Shown: one piece after another, positions 14,004-28,289 of the stretch | Position numbering within the stretch: position 1 is the first letter of the stretch | Layout: each line of letters begins with the position of its first letter | Assembly: GCA_964016885.1 (NCBI GenBank) | Contig: OZ024747.1 | Location: forward strand, 66,836,001 to 66,900,000 | Source of the DNA: Eledone cirrhosa | Lineage: Eukaryota | Reading direction: 5' to 3' | Length of the DNA stretch: 64,000 bases | Translations under genes and position numbers: made by a program | Notes under the pieces: generated by a model | What the model saw: the letters and a program-made list of their open reading frames with translations, nothing else | Told to the model about the DNA's origin: nothing | Database searches by the model: none

Positions 14004-14747
14004 CTACATTTTAAATTTAAATTTATATTTAAAAGTTGAGTTCAATCTATGTTTGCAGCAACTGAATAAATTTGTCCGTAGATTAAGGGAATTTTTAGAT
14101 TTTAGTATAAAGACTATCTCCTCCGCGCAGAGGTCACATGTCTCAGAGGATGAATTAAAAGGAATCCCTCTTGAGACTATATTCCAAGCCGTCGAATATC
14201 TAACGTTATCTTGCCTAAGTTGCCAGAGTACGCCTGATAGTGCTGTTGAAGATTTTTTGCTTGGATCTGTGAAAGAATTCTTGTGGTTATTATAGCGAAG
14301 TTTAAATTCCGTCGATGTGGAACCGACGTAGTTAAAAGAATTAGAGTCCGTTTTAACATTACAGTTGTATATTATATTTTTAACTAAGCAGTTGTTATTT
14401 AACGGACATTTAGATCTATCTCTACAGTTACATTTGTTAACTTGTATATTATTTATGCTATTATCGCTAGGTTTTAAGTTCCTATTATTTATTCTATTAA
14501 TATTTTGTGCTAAATTTTTGGTGGATGAGTAGGTTAATTTTATAGTATGTCTATTGAAAATTGAGTGATACCTATGTGTTCTAGGGAAGCGATTATCAAG
14601 AGCTTTAAAAAATAGTTTAGCGATGTGGGTTTTAATGTTTAGTGAGAAAGGGGGGGCAAACCATATTATGTTCCTAGTTCTATTTCTTTTTTGGCTTTTG
14701 GAATTATTGTAATGCTTTCTATTATAGTTGTAAGGTTGTGGCCGAAA
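14004..14747 (-). CDS. C-terminal part of a Penelope ORF (post-RT linker + GIY-YIG endonuclease); no start codon, so absent from the ORF track
   Basis: Manual translation is uninterrupted: RNRTRNIIWFAPPFSLNIKTHIAKLFFKALDNRFP..IFNRHTIKLTYSST..KCNCRDRSKCPLNNNCLVKNIIYNCNV..NYVGSTSTEFKLRYNNHKNSF..TALSGVLWQL..CDLCAEE..LNLRTNLFSCCKH..*. Confidence 0.85.
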   Translation of the reverse strand, partial: FRPQPYNYNRKHYNNSKSQKRNRTRNIIWFAPPFSLNIKTHIAKLFFKALDNRFPRTHRYHSIFNRHTIKLTYSSTKNLAQNINRINNRNLKPSDNSINNIQVNKCNCRDRSKCPLNNNCLVKNIIYNCNVKTDSNSFNYVGSTSTEFKLRYNNHKNSFTDPSKKSSTALSGVLWQLRQDNVRYSTAWNIVSRGIPFNSSSETCDLCAEEIVFILKSKNSLNLRTNLFSCCKHRLNSTFKYKFKFKM

Positions 14748-16332
14748 TTAAAATAGTTTTAATTCATCCTCTGAGACATGTGACCTCTGCGCGGAGGAGA
14801 TAGTCTTTATACTAAAATCTAAAAATTCCCTTAATCTACGGACAAATTTATTCAGTTGCTGCAAACATAGATTGAACTCAACTTTTAAATATAAATTTAA
14901 ATTTAAAATGTAGTATATTTAGTTTGATTTATAATTATTTGGGAAACTAGCCGATAAATCTTTCGATTTCTTCTTTTTATTCTTCTTTTTATTTTTATTT
15001 TTATTTTTATTTTTATTTTTATTTTTATTTTTATTTTTATTTTTATTTTTATTTTTATTTTTATTTAAACATTCTTCATGAAAAATTAAACTACCCTAAA
15101 AGTTGATGCTCCAAATATTTCGAATAAACGTTACACTAGATAAACTTCTATATTAAATATAAGAACATATGTAGACCAAATGGGCATCCTAAACTTTTTG
15201 AAATGATTTCTGCTAGACGCGATTTGGTAAATAATTTTTAGCTTTATCTGTTTTCGACTCTGATGCTTATAATGAACTTGGCAATATATTGTCAATTAAT
15301 TTTGAAGGGTTGATCTTTGTGGTCGATTTGCGTGGCATATTATGTTTCTATTATGTTTTTATTTTTATTATTTCAATATTTTTTAATATCTTTAATATTT
15401 TTATTTTTAATATGTAATATTTTTTAGTTTTCTATTTTATTTATTTGTTTATTATTATTATTATTATTATTTTTTGTTTTTGTTTCTGATACTTTTTATT
15501 AATATATTGAAATCTGTTCTCTATTTCTGCTTGATAGATAATCATGTAGAGTAAAGACAAGAATAGTATTGTTAAAATTAATATAGACTATATATATGTG
15601 TATATATACACATATATGTATACTTAAATTTTTATAGCACAATGAGAATGTTCTCCGTGTGAAATAGGGGTTTGCAGAGTTGATCACGTAAATTCACATC
15701 GATGTTTGTAGTTATCATATAAACATATGCATTTTTAAAACTAGACATAAGATCATTACTTTTCACACATTATGGATACGTGTCTCATTCAAGAATACTG
15801 ATATTTACATTATAGTGCCTGGTTTTTATACGAACTAATATTTCTACATTAAAACATAGGGTTTTTAAATTCTACCTCGCCTATGTCTGGTTACTTTTCA
15901 TTTTTCTCTCTATATAACGGCTGGTTTCTTTCCTAACCACATATATCTCCCTTACATTAATACTAGAGCTAAATAAATAAATAAATAAATAAATGTATCA
16001 TTGATAAGTTCATTCAACGGATGTTCAACTACCTACTTTTCTCTATATATATCTATCTCTATCTATTTCCTCTCTCTATATATATCTCTCTCTGTTTCTT
16101 TACATGAAGTTCTTCCCTTTATCTATCTTTCCATTTCTATTTTTCCATCTCTCTATTTTGTTGCATGCATTTCTTCTTTTTCTTCTTTTTCTTCGTTTTC
16201 TTTCTTTCTTTCCTTCTTTCTCTCTTTCTTTCTTTCTGTTTACAATTTTTCACTGCCAAATCAACTTTTTCAAATACAAGTCGATGTTGAACGGTATGTC
16301 AAATCTATTTATCTATAAAACTGTCTATATTG

Positions 16333-16398
16333 TATTTTGTCTGAGGAAGGCATAACATATTGTTAATATGATATCCCTGAAATATATATAATGAAATA
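16333..16398 (+). ncRNA. Type I hammerhead ribozyme (mirror copy on minus strand 12565-12630)
   Basis: TATTTTGT-CTGAGGA-AGG..CCT-GAAA-TATATA-TA-ATGAAATA; palindromic stem III; stem I has two G-U pairs. Confidence 0.78.
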
Positions 16399-16481
16399 AA
16401 TATGGTTTTATAAATATAGTTTCCATTTATTTAATATCGTATATATATATATATATATTTTTAACATATATATATATGTAT

Positions 16482-16638
<157 letters not shown>

Positions 16639-17111
16639 CATGTATGTATTCGTGTATTTTCTCGAACGATATTTCGGGATATTTCGGGAAACTGCATATC
16701 TTCATACAAATTTAATGCATTAATAATTTTTATATTACGTGTGAAAGTCCGTCGGCTTTTGCAATTAATCATCACACAAATTAACAGATATCATTATCTA
16801 TACCTGAATATGCCATGAGCAAAAATATTTAAGCGAATTGTTCGGTTGATCGAATGGACTGGAATCTACACGTCGTAACCGATTGAAGTTCATTTTAACT
16901 ATCTCACTACACTAAACAGAAAATAAAAGATAATTTCATTTGTTCCACACATCCTTTGATTCTCCATGTTGAAAGAAAGATATTCTCATTCTTTTTACCT
17001 ATCTTTTGTATTTCAATAGAGATCGAAACATATTCTCATTCATTTTACATAGTCATTCAACATCAATACTGAAATAAAGATTTTTTATCATTGATTATTA
17101 ATCTCTGCTGT

Positions 17112-17563
17112 AGGACAGTGGGTTGGCAGTATCGGTAGAAGGTCGGACGCCATGGTTTGCAGCATAGAGTTACGGCCTTTTATGATCTGAGTTCAAATCC
17201 TGCCGAGGTTAACTTTGCCTTTCATCCTTACAGGGTCGATAAAATAAAGCACCAGTAACGTACTGGGGTCGATTTAGTCGACCCCCCCCCCCCCTCCAAT
17301 TACTGGCATTGTGCCTATACTAGAAATCATATTTAAAAAGGGGCGGTGGATTGGCAGTATCGGTAGAGAGTCGGACGCCATTCTTTGTAGCATAGAGTTA
17401 CGACCCTTTATGATCTGAGTTCAAATCCCGCCGAGGTTAACTTTGCCTTCCATCCTTACGGGGGTCGATAAAATAAAGCACCAGTAATGTACTGAGGTCG
17501 ATTTAATCGATTTTCCCCTTCCCCTAAATTGCTGGCCTTGTGCCTATATAAGAAACCATTATT
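17112..17563 (+). mobile_element. Tandem pair of full-length SINEs (17112-17331, 17341-17563), long variant
   Basis: GGCGGTGGATTGGCAGTATCGGTAGAG head (A-box-like), GAGTTCAAATCC B-box, tail ..TTGTGCCTATA..AGAAA. Confidence 0.9.
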
Positions 17564-17749
17564 AATCTCTCCTGTGAATCAAAACTGAACGAGAAATATT
17601 TGCAATCATTCTATATATGATTTGTGTCTCTACATCGAACGAAAAATATATTCATTCTTCATTCATTTAATCATTCTTCACCGTTTCCATACTAAACAAG
17701 AGATCTCTCTCGCCATACACGGGGGAATATGTTTTTATCACTTAAATAT

Positions 17750-18790
17750 TTCTCCTTCTCTCCCTTACACTTTCTCTCACTCTCCCAACCCCTTCTTTCT
17801 CTCTCTTTCTCTCTCCCCCACCCCTTCTTTCTCTCTCGCTCTCTCCCCCTCTCGCTCTCTCTCTCTCTCTCTCTTTCTTTCTCTCGCACTACTGAATAGA
17901 AAGATGATTTCTTCACTTAAATTCCTCTCTCTCCCTCTCTTTCACCCTTTCTCTCTCTCACTCTCTCTTTCTCTCTCTTTCTCTCTCTCTCACACTCTCT
18001 CTCTCTCTTTCTCCCTATCTTTCACTCTTGCTATTCACAAGGAGAGATGTTCTCACCACCCAAATACTTCTCTCTCTAGCCCTCTCTTTGTCTATCACTC
18101 TCTCACTCTCTCGCTGTCCTTCTCCCTCTCTCGCTGACCTTCTCCCTCTCAAAGCCCTTCTCCCTCTCTCGTTGTCCTTCTCCCTCTCTCACTGCCCTTC
18201 TCCCTCTCTCGCTGTCCTTCTCCCTCTCTCGCTGTCCTTCTCCCTCTCTCGCTACCCTTCTCTCTCTTCCGAAGCCCTTCTCGCTCTCTCGCTGTTCTTC
18301 TCCCTCTCTCGCTGCCCTTCTCTCTCTCCCGATTCCCTCTCCCTCTCTCGCTGCCCTTCTCCCTCTCTCTCTGCCCTTCTCCCTCTCTCGCTGTCCTCCC
18401 TCTCCCGGTTCCCTTCTCCCTCTCTCGCTGCCCTTCTCCCTCTCTCGCCATACACAACAACAGCAACACAACAGCAACAGCAGTAACAACAGTAACAGCT
18501 GTAACAACAGCAACAGCAGTAAGAGCTGTAACAACAGCAACAGCAGTAACAGCAGTAACAGCAGTAACAACAGCAGTAACAGCAGCAACAACAGCAGTAA
18601 CAGCAGTAACAGCAGTGACAACAGCAACAACAGCAGTAACAACAGTAACAGCAGCAGCAACAACAACAGTAACAGCAGAACAGCAGTAACAGTAACAGCA
18701 GTAACATCAGCAACAGCAGTAACAGCAGCAACAACAGTAACATCAGCAACAACAGCAACAGCACCAACAGCAGTAACAGTGCAACAGCAG
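17750..18790. repeat. (CT)n tract, ~21-bp CCTTCTCCCTCTCTCGCTG(T/C) minisatellite and (CAG/CAA/TAA)n tract
   Basis: Direct reading. Confidence 0.88.
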
Positions 18791-18926
18791 CAGCAAGAAC
18801 TGAAGCAACAAAAGTCATTACTCCCAATGGTGGCAACATTTTAAAATTAAAGATTTTATGTTTATCTGTCAATATTGCAACACCTTTGGTGCACATGCCA
18901 TATACAATATTGCACACACACACACT

Positions 18927-18983
<57 letters not shown>

Positions 18984-19109
18984 TTATAGCCTTGCGTTGA
19001 TACTCTTTCTGCACACACACACAAACACACATGCACATACACACACATTTCATAATTTATGTTGTTGCTCTTTCTACACACACACACACACATACATACA
19101 CACTCACAC

Positions 19110-19140
<31 letters not shown>

Positions 19141-19756
19141 CACACACTCACACACATAGACACACACATAGACACACACACACTCACACATACACACACA
19201 TACACACTTCACTACACCACACACAGTCAAAGCCTTCCGTTGATACTATTTCTACACACACAAACATAGATTTACACATAAAAAGCCCCAACATATACAA
19301 ACATCTATTAACAGAAACACGCACATTTACACCTACATATTCACATAGACTTATACACACACATACGCACATACACAATCTCACGAACACATAAACACCA
19401 ACCCACAGGCATGCATATACATACACACCAACATTTACGCATATATATATTAACAGAGACTCAAACAAAGAAACACACATACACAATATGCACGTATATA
19501 TTCACAGATACTAAATTATTCACACACACACATATACATACACACCAACATTTAGCCTTACATATCAACAGAGACAGAAACAAAGATGCAATTACAGTTA
19601 CACATACGTATTCACGGAAGTATAAAAACACACACTCTCACAGACACACTCTCACACACACATTCACACACACACATACACATACACGCACCTGTATGCA
19701 CATACACATATACAGATAAACATACACACCATTATTTACACATATATGTGTATTGA

Positions 19757-19947
19757 CGGTGGATTGGCAGTATCGATAGAGGGTCGGACGCCATGCTTTG
19801 CAGCATAGAGTTACGGTCCTTTACGGTCTGAGTTCAAATCCCAACGAGGTTAACTTTGCCTTTCATCCTTACGGTGTCGATAAAATAAAGTACCAGTAAT
19901 GTACTGGTGTAATTGCTGGCCTTGTGCCAATAGTAGAAACAATTATT
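19757..19947 (+). mobile_element. SINE copy (short variant)
   Basis: Matches the SINE consensus. Confidence 0.88.
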
Positions 19948-20096
19948 TACGCATATATATTAATAGGGGCTCAAACTGAGAAACACACACTTATACACAC
20001 GCATGTATAAAAAGTGACACGGAAACAAAACTACACAAGCATTTACCGGGATATATTCACAGAAAATAAAACATACATATACACACACGATTTCAC

Positions 20097-20131
<35 letters not shown>

Positions 20132-20171
20132 TACATACATACAGATACACGCAAGCACACACGTATACATT

Positions 20172-20548
20172 CACCAATCTTCCAGGTCTTTATGCTATTA
20201 CTTAATAACAGTCTGATGTTGTCTGGCACCTTGAAGATTTCCAGACACTTGGTTATCCAAGACTGAGGAACCATGTTGAATGCCTTCTTGTAATCTATCC
20301 ATTTCATCACTAGACCAGTATGCTTCCTCTTGCAGTTCCTTATTATCATCTTGCCAATTAGTAACTGGTCTTTTGTATCACGGGACTTCTCTCAATATAC
20401 TTTCTCTTCCTCCGGCCAGAAGTTGTTTATGTCGATGTAGTAGTAGATTTCCTCAGACATAATACTTGTTAGCAATTTCTATATCAAGGCGGACATGTGA
20501 TAGGCCTGTACTTGTAACGTCATTTCTCTTGGCTTCATCTTTCATTAT
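20172..20548 (-). pseudogene. Old degraded RT fragment related to R4/Dong family A
   Basis: NCKRKHTGLVMKWIDYKKAFNMVPQSWITKCLEIFKVPDNIRLLL matches NCRRRHTDLAMGWIDYSKAFDMVPHSWITKSLEIFRVADNIRQLL in 29619-32444. Confidence 0.85.
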
Positions 20549-20551
20549 TAG

Positions 20552-20911
20552 AAGCATAGAGTTACCTCCCTTTATGATCTGAGTTCAAATCCCGCCGAGG
20601 TTAACTTTGCCTTTCATCCTTACGGGGTGGATAAAATAAAGTACCAGTAATGCACTGGGATAATTGCTGGCCTGGTGCCAAAAGTAGAAACAATTATTAG
20701 AACCATGGTAAGGGCGGTGGATTGGCAGTATCGGTAGAGTGTCGGCGCTCTTGCTTTGCAGCATAGCGTTACGACCCTTTATGATCTGAGTTCAAATCCC
20801 GTCGAGGTTAGCTTTGCCTTTCATCCTTACGGGGTCGATAAAATAAAGTACCAGTCACGTACTGGGGTCGATTTAAACGACCTTCCCGTCCTCCAAAATT
20901 GCTGGCCTGGT
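20552..20911 (+). mobile_element. Two tandem SINE copies (20552-20699, 20712-20911)
   Basis: Match the SINE consensus. Confidence 0.87.
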
Positions 20912-21619
20912 ATCTTTTGTCAACCACTTCGGTACTTCGCTCGACACCAAGCAGTCGCTGAATATGGCCGTCAGTACAGTAAAAATATATTGGCTTACTA
21001 CAATCGTTTTCAATTTTAAGAAGCACTAAACGTGATATTTATCTGTTATATTAAATCAGGTGTAGGTATGGTGTGAAAAGTCTGTTACACTTGAAAGCAG
21101 ATGGTAAGCGTTTATGTTTCTCTGTTGGAGAGAGAACGCGCCTTGTGGTGAAAGGGGAATTGATGGTAAGAGTATGCTATTGTGAGAGAGAGGGGTGGGG
21201 CAGAAGAAAGATTGTGAGAAAGAGATAACTAAAAGAATTTGTGTGTAAGAGAGAGAGATCGTATATCTTCAAATTATAAATTAGCAATATATGCCAATTT
21301 GGTTGTTCAGTCATTTGATAAATTTATTCGATATATTTTGTGTTGTATATATGTAATTAAATACTTTATATAATATTTACTTGTATATATAATTCTTATA
21401 AATAATACATTTAAAATGCCATATTGATCTTTCATAGATGGTCTCTAATTAAAGCGTGAAATTTCCCATAGGTGTCAGCTAGTATTTATCTGAATTTAAG
21501 TAGTCGTGAAAAAGTGATGGTGGCGGTGAGAGCTGTAGTTATAGTGGCAATTATAGTTGTCGTAAATTTCTTACCAAGGTCGTATTGTATTAAATTGTTC
21601 TTGTCATTAAAATGTTATA

Positions 21620-21681
<62 letters not shown>

Positions 21682-21894
21682 TATATATATATATACACAC
21701 CATTTTGTATATATCGTTATTTTGTTGTATGTATAGTTTGTGCCTTCGGTCGGTTATCTTGGTGTCACATTTTATAACTACGGTGTTTAACTCTGGTCTT
21801 AATATTTGTTTTTAACTTTTTAACTTTCGATCCATTGAGTGCAAATCGTATTGTACATATTGTACTGCAGCTAAAGTTTTCGATTTACATTACA

Positions 21895-21949
<55 letters not shown>

Positions 21950-22055
21950 CTCGTTTTCCAGTCTCCTCAAGATGAAAAAAACTTACCTCAACACTTAACT
22001 TTAAATCCTTAATTTTTAGTTTTTAATTCTTAATAATTCTCTTTAATTAATACTC

Positions 22056-22103
22056 AACATTTGATAAGATGAATTTTACTAAGACATCGAAACCGGTTAT
22101 ACT
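22056..22103 (+). ncRNA. Hammerhead ribozyme, U3-A8 core, eroded stem I, in a TA-adjacent probable pLTR relic
   Basis: AT-TTGATAA-GATG aattttactaaga CATC-GAAA-CCGG-TT-AT; palindromic stem III ACCGGT. Confidence 0.65.
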
Positions 22104-22266
22104 TTATATACTTTATATACATCATTAAACTCATTTTAAGACCCTCTCATTTTTTCAATAATGTCACTTTGACGAAAGTGACAAAGAAAGGAAAAAAGGA
22201 AAAATAGACCCTTAAATATATTTTCCGTGCTATTTCCAATCTCACCCCCACCCCCACACCTCTATA

Positions 22267-22307
<41 letters not shown>

Positions 22308-22581
22308 GCAAAGCCTATCTCTCGGACTATAACGAAGCGCCGAGGAGATATATTCCATCTATATAAAGAAAGGTATTCCCATGCACGGAGATGGTATTAA
22401 ATAACTTTAAAATAGGATGACGACTCTCAAAGGTGGAAAAAGAAGTTGCCATCAGCCACTGCGGGGAGTTGAATGGAAAATACGTGGTTCGAGTCCTATT
22501 TTATAGCACATACACGCATGAGCACACCACACTTATATATATGTTATTCATCTATTTCAAAGGACGGAATAGGGTTGTCAC

Positions 22582-22655
22582 AGTCCCTTAGCTTAATGCT
22601 TTAAAGCCCCTAGCCGGTAACTGGGAGATAAAGGGTTCAATTCATCACAGCGGCC
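22582..22655 (+). pseudogene. Degenerate tRNA-like sequence (Thr-like) or SINE head
   Basis: TAGCTTAATG A-box-like motif, D-arm GCTT..AAGC, anticodon arm CCTAG-ccggtaa-CTGGG, GGTTCAATTC B-box-like motif; acceptor and T stems poorly paired. Confidence 0.4.
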
Positions 22656-23156
22656 GATGGCTTCTTCTTTTCCATATTTTATGAGTGTTCCCCCTATTTT
22701 ATAAGCTATTTTATAGCATGTCTGCACATGAGCACATCATCTTTTATATTAACTATATATTGGGTCGTCAAGTATGAAATGTGTAGAAATGTGTAGGAAA
22801 AAAAACAAATTTCTACAAATTTCATACTTGACATAATATTAACTATATATGTGTGTGTGTGTGTGTGTGTATGCAGAGAGAGTGTGAGAGAGAGAGAGAA
22901 AGAGAGAGTGAGCCGTATACATATATAAGCTAAAATCAAATGATGGTATCGGTTAGATAGAACATGTCCAGTCTATTCAACTTTTAAGCATCATTTTATG
23001 TTATATCCTTTATGGGATTTCTATACTATCCTCTAGAACCTTTTCGTCAAAAGGACGTGAAGAACATTTCCTTCGTATTAGAGCCGACCTATGAAAATTA
23101 TGACATACGAGTGATAGGTAAACACCACTACCATCATTCTGCTCTATCTTATATAT

Positions 23157-23481
23157 ATGGCTCTGAACATTAATCAGTATACACTGAGGATGAAAAACTC
23201 AGAGCTGTATGGGAGCATCCCAAAAGTCAGCTCAAAAGTGACACAGAGGAGACTGAGGTTGGCTGGACATGCTCACCGACATCCAGAGTTGACATTGCAC
23301 TCAGTGCTCCTTTGGGAGCCCCTACATGGACACACTAGAAGAGGAAGACCAAGGTTAACATATGTTGATGCCCTAAGGACAGACACTGGTCTGTTGGAGA
23401 TGCAGGATATGGCAGCGATAATGAGGGACAGAGACCGCTGGAGAGAACTCGTCCATGGATCTCGGGAATTTTACCCGCCTT

Positions 23482-23483
<2 letters not shown>
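23157..23483 (+). mobile_element. 3' end of an RTE-like non-LTR retrotransposon, in a TA context
   Basis: ELYG..RRLRLAGHAHRH..LLWEP..GHTRRGRPRLTYVD..DRDRWR is the typical RTE/RTEX C-terminus; preceded by TATATA and followed directly by (TA)n. Confidence 0.85.
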
Positions 23484-23546
<63 letters not shown>

Positions 23547-23812
23547 AAGACTAACATATATATATATATATATATACATGTGTGTATGTGTGCGTGTGTG
23601 TGTGTGTGTGAGTGCGTGTGTGTGTGTGTGTATGTGTGTGTGTATTCATTCATTCTAGTTTGCCAACGTTGATGTATTTTATGATTAATACCGTTTTTCA
23701 TTTGTGAAATGTTATTCTAATAATGCAGATTCATACACACTTACACAACACACACTCACACACGCACACATACACACACACCTATATGTACATATATATA
23801 TATGTATGTATG

Positions 23813-23844
<32 letters not shown>

Positions 23845-23886
23845 TCATATATACATATACATATATACACATATACATACATATGT

Positions 23887-23967
<81 letters not shown>

Positions 23968-24030
23968 CATGCATATATACACATATACATACATATATAC
24001 ATATATATATATATACATGTACACCGACAC

Positions 24031-24071
<41 letters not shown>

Positions 24072-24405
24072 TATATGTATACCTGTGTAAGCGTCTGTAT
24101 GTCTGTACGTGCAAACATAGAGAGAATTTGTAAGAGAGTGAAATATATCTATACAGATTGTGAGGGAGAGAGAAATTATAGAAGATTCATTATACTTGTA
24201 GTAAAGGACAATTTCTCGTTAATCTCCAAGTAATAATCCCTCATTAACGTTTCATTTGAAATTGTGTATTGTATAAAACATAGCGCTATTGTCTCATGAA
24301 CATTCAATAACAAATCACCAAATTAAAAGAACAAGTAATCCATGCAAATGCATATATATATATACGTACATATACACACGTTGTGATACAATCTTTGATC
24401 CATGG

Positions 24406-24459
<54 letters not shown>

Positions 24460-24517
24460 TACATACACATATATATATATACACACACACAACACACACG
24501 CACATACATATATATAC

Positions 24518-24560
<43 letters not shown>

Positions 24561-25438
24561 GTAATTGCTGAAGATGTATAAAACCTATGACTGATTCTCA
24601 TTGACTTTCAACTTTATTCCAAACATCACGCCATGTAAATATTCGCTCTATAAAATTTCGCCATCAGCCATTTTTGTTTCTGTAGTCGCTTATTAATTTT
24701 TCATTTCGTTCCAATTGCAATTTTACCATATTACACAGGCTTAACCTACATTTTTCTAATTACTATGTTAATTTCGACGGCAAGCCTTTATTTCATCTAA
24801 GTATTCATTTAGAACGAAGTGGTAACTAGCATCGTCTCATTAATTTTCCATGATTAAATTAAGCTGTTGCAGCAATAATGTTTGTTTCCCTTTCAAGACA
24901 GCAACATGGCTGGATAAAACTGGTTTCGCTGTTACTGAAAAGTGAATTGGACAAAACCAGATTAAACTGGATCAGACAGGCCAGAAATAACACCAATTGG
25001 ATTGAATAGTGGACAGAAGAGTTGATAATTGTTATAACTGCCAGTATCGGTAGAGGGTCGAACGCCATGCTTTCCAGAATAGAGTTATGTCCCTTTACGG
25101 TCATAACTCAATATACGGTTTAATATATCTCAATATATATTACTAGATTTTCATATATACAATTGCATGCATATATCAATAGATGAACACATGAATAGAT
25201 ACATCAATATACAATTTCCTATTTCTGCAGTATTCTGAAGTCAGAGTTATGGTAAATATGGAAAAAAGCATTATAATAAATGTTCGGTAAACCTATACGT
25301 ACATATATATATATGTGTGCATGTATCCATGTATATACATACTACTGTACGTCTGTATACATATATGTATGTACGTATACATACTTACATTTAAGTATCA
25401 GCCGTACTAAGAGTGAGAAATGAAATTTCATTTTTTCC

Positions 25439-25577
<139 letters not shown>

Positions 25578-26738
25578 TATATATATGTATATTTGTGTGT
25601 GTGTTTTTGTCTGTATGTATACTATATGATATAAAATACATGGCAAACTGGCGTATACCGTCCTCGTTACTCCGAGTTTCCCGAAGTAAGTCCATCTTCG
25701 AAATATGACCGCCGGGAACACTTCATTAGATTTCAGGTTGCCATGTATTTTATATAATACTAGACAAATCCAGTTCAATCTCCTTTGGAGAATGCTTTCT
25801 GCAGTTGGCGATAGATAGATAGGAATACATAGAGACAAAAAGAGTAATACATAGAATATATGTAATAGATAGAATTCATGTCATAGATAGATACAAATCA
25901 ACGTGTGTGTGTGTTCTAGAAGCTAGTCTATATACAAAGTATAAATAGGAGTTGCAACTGCAATAGGACAGATACCAATCGAATTGTTTGAAGCAGTCAC
26001 AAAGCACACAATGGTGTAAAAAGTTAATATATTTTTTTTCCAGAGTTAACACATGAAAATTATATAAGGGTGACACCATGAATATATCGTCTAGCTATAA
26101 TATATAACCACAACAACGACACTTACCAATAGTATATATGTATATATCGGTAGGATGTTGGACATGCTTTGCTTCATAGAGTTATGAGTGGATAGTCTCA
26201 GTTATTGGATATTTTTCTATATACGTGGATTATAATAAATGCCAAACCGCACGACAGCAGAATGTATAGCAATACACCTGGATCAAATTATCATAGAACT
26301 TTCAGCAATTATGTTTAAAGAAAATACTTTCTTAAGTATAAAATATTAAGCAGCGCTAAATGTGCAAATGACGTTAGAAATTCTTCGTTCTTATATCACC
26401 TTCCCACGAGGCAAGTAGTCGAATAAACCAAAACAATGAGAAACCCCAATGGGGAAGAGCAAAATACAGACATACCCAAAACATAGAAATATATAATTAC
26501 ATATACAAGCACACAACAGACAAATGCACATACACACACACCAGAATTTGTAAATGTAAATCATGTCTCCTAGCGTAAATTGCTAAAACATGGGATAATT
26601 TAAATGTCTATTGTCTTTGGAACATTATAATTCCGGAACTTCGATTGAAATTATGGGGCATATCAGCATGTCATGCATATGTATTACGAACACAGGTTTC
26701 GCAATGTGTGTATCTCCCTCTCGCTTTCTCTCTCTCAC

Positions 26739-26850
<112 letters not shown>

Positions 26851-26942
26851 TACAGATGCACACATATATATACTTATATAAATATGAATATATATAAGGA
26901 TATATATGTGTGTGTGTGTGTATGTATGTATACATACATATT

Positions 26943-27016
<74 letters not shown>

Positions 27017-27588
27017 TATGTATATGTATATGTGAAATTTCACTATAAGAGTTGCATTCGTTCTGTAAAGAACAACACTAATTTATGAGTGCTGAATATA
27101 AAATAAATATAAAAACCTATTATATGATAAATTAATAAGGATGGGCTTTAGCTATATTATATTAAATTAATTAGTTTTCAGTATATAATACTTATTATAT
27201 TCCAGAACATTCATTTCCTTTGAAATATTAAAATTAAATATATATATAAACAATTAAAGTTATAAATTTATTCAGTATAATTCCGCACGTTGCTATATTA
27301 ACTCACTTGTATAGAGAATATTAGGCGGTGCACCTACCCCCTTTACCTCACACTGAGCTGTCGCTTGAAAACCATGAGAATCTCGAATCTCTATAACAAT
27401 AATGATTTCTCTATATACACAAGGGCATGCATTCAGAAGATAGTATTATTATAAATATAAAATGCATGTGAGGCTGGACAAACAAATTCAGACAGAACAA
27501 AATCGAGGGTAGAGGCATGGACGTTATACAATAGACGAATGATAGTTGACAAAACATGAAGTATTTACGAAATTATTATAAAACGCAC

Positions 27589-27725
27589 AATAATGGTTTC
27601 TTATATAGGCACAAGGCCAGCAATTTTGGGGGAGGGGAAAGTCGATTAAATCGACCCCAGTGCGTGACTGGTACTTTATTTTATCGACTCCGTAAGGATG
27701 AAAGGCAAAGTTTACCTCGGCGGGA
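27589..27725 (-). mobile_element. SINE 3' half (long variant)
   Basis: Reverse complement of the SINE consensus. Confidence 0.85.
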
Positions 27726-27794
27726 AACATTTATAATTACTCACTCACACAAAGGTTGTACCCAATAGTTAAGTCAAGTCATAACTCTATAATA

Positions 27795-28177
27795 TCTATG
27801 TATTACTAAACGTCTGTGATTGCTTGCTTGGTTCTCTGTAATGTGATACAGCCAAAAGGGCGCATAATGGGAAAATACTTTGAAAGGAAGTTGCCCCTGA
27901 AATGGGAATACAAATGGAATAAAACAAGTTTCGCGTAAATCGGAACGCGTGAACCCGAGATGTGGGTTTTCTGGGTACCTTCATAAACAGAGAGAGAGAA
28001 GGATAGAGAGAAGAGATAGTAGTTGTGAGAGAGTAGATTGGAAGAGAGACCTGGAGAGAGGGAAAGGAGGCAGAGAAGGAGAATGGGAAGAGAGAGAGCT
28101 GGTGATGTTGTGTGTATATATATATATGTGTATATGTGTGTGTCTTTGACCAATGTATATAGATCACATACACCCAC

Positions 28178-28208
<31 letters not shown>

Positions 28209-28249
28209 TATATATATACACACACTTATATATATATACATACACACAC

Positions 28250-28289
<40 letters not shown>

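Larger units (their letters stand above)
12435..16441 (-). mobile_element. Naiad-type Penelope-like element, 5'-truncated, with a ~1.64-kb inverted duplication
   Basis: 12522-14160 is the reverse complement of 14757-16441; GIY-YIG coding fragment in the centre; hammerhead in each arm; TA tracts on both sides. Confidence 0.85.

Noticed and set aside
14004-14747. Selenocysteine recoding in the Naiad-like ORF
   Set aside because: No in-frame UGA in the visible fragment and no SECIS identifiable by eye.
12645-16355. Duplicated 105-, 83- and 82-aa ORFs on opposite strands
   Set aside because: Low-complexity products of the PLE inverted repeat, not genes.
22582-22655. Functional tRNA-Thr gene
   Set aside because: Acceptor and T stems are broken and position 33 is C; treated as a relic.
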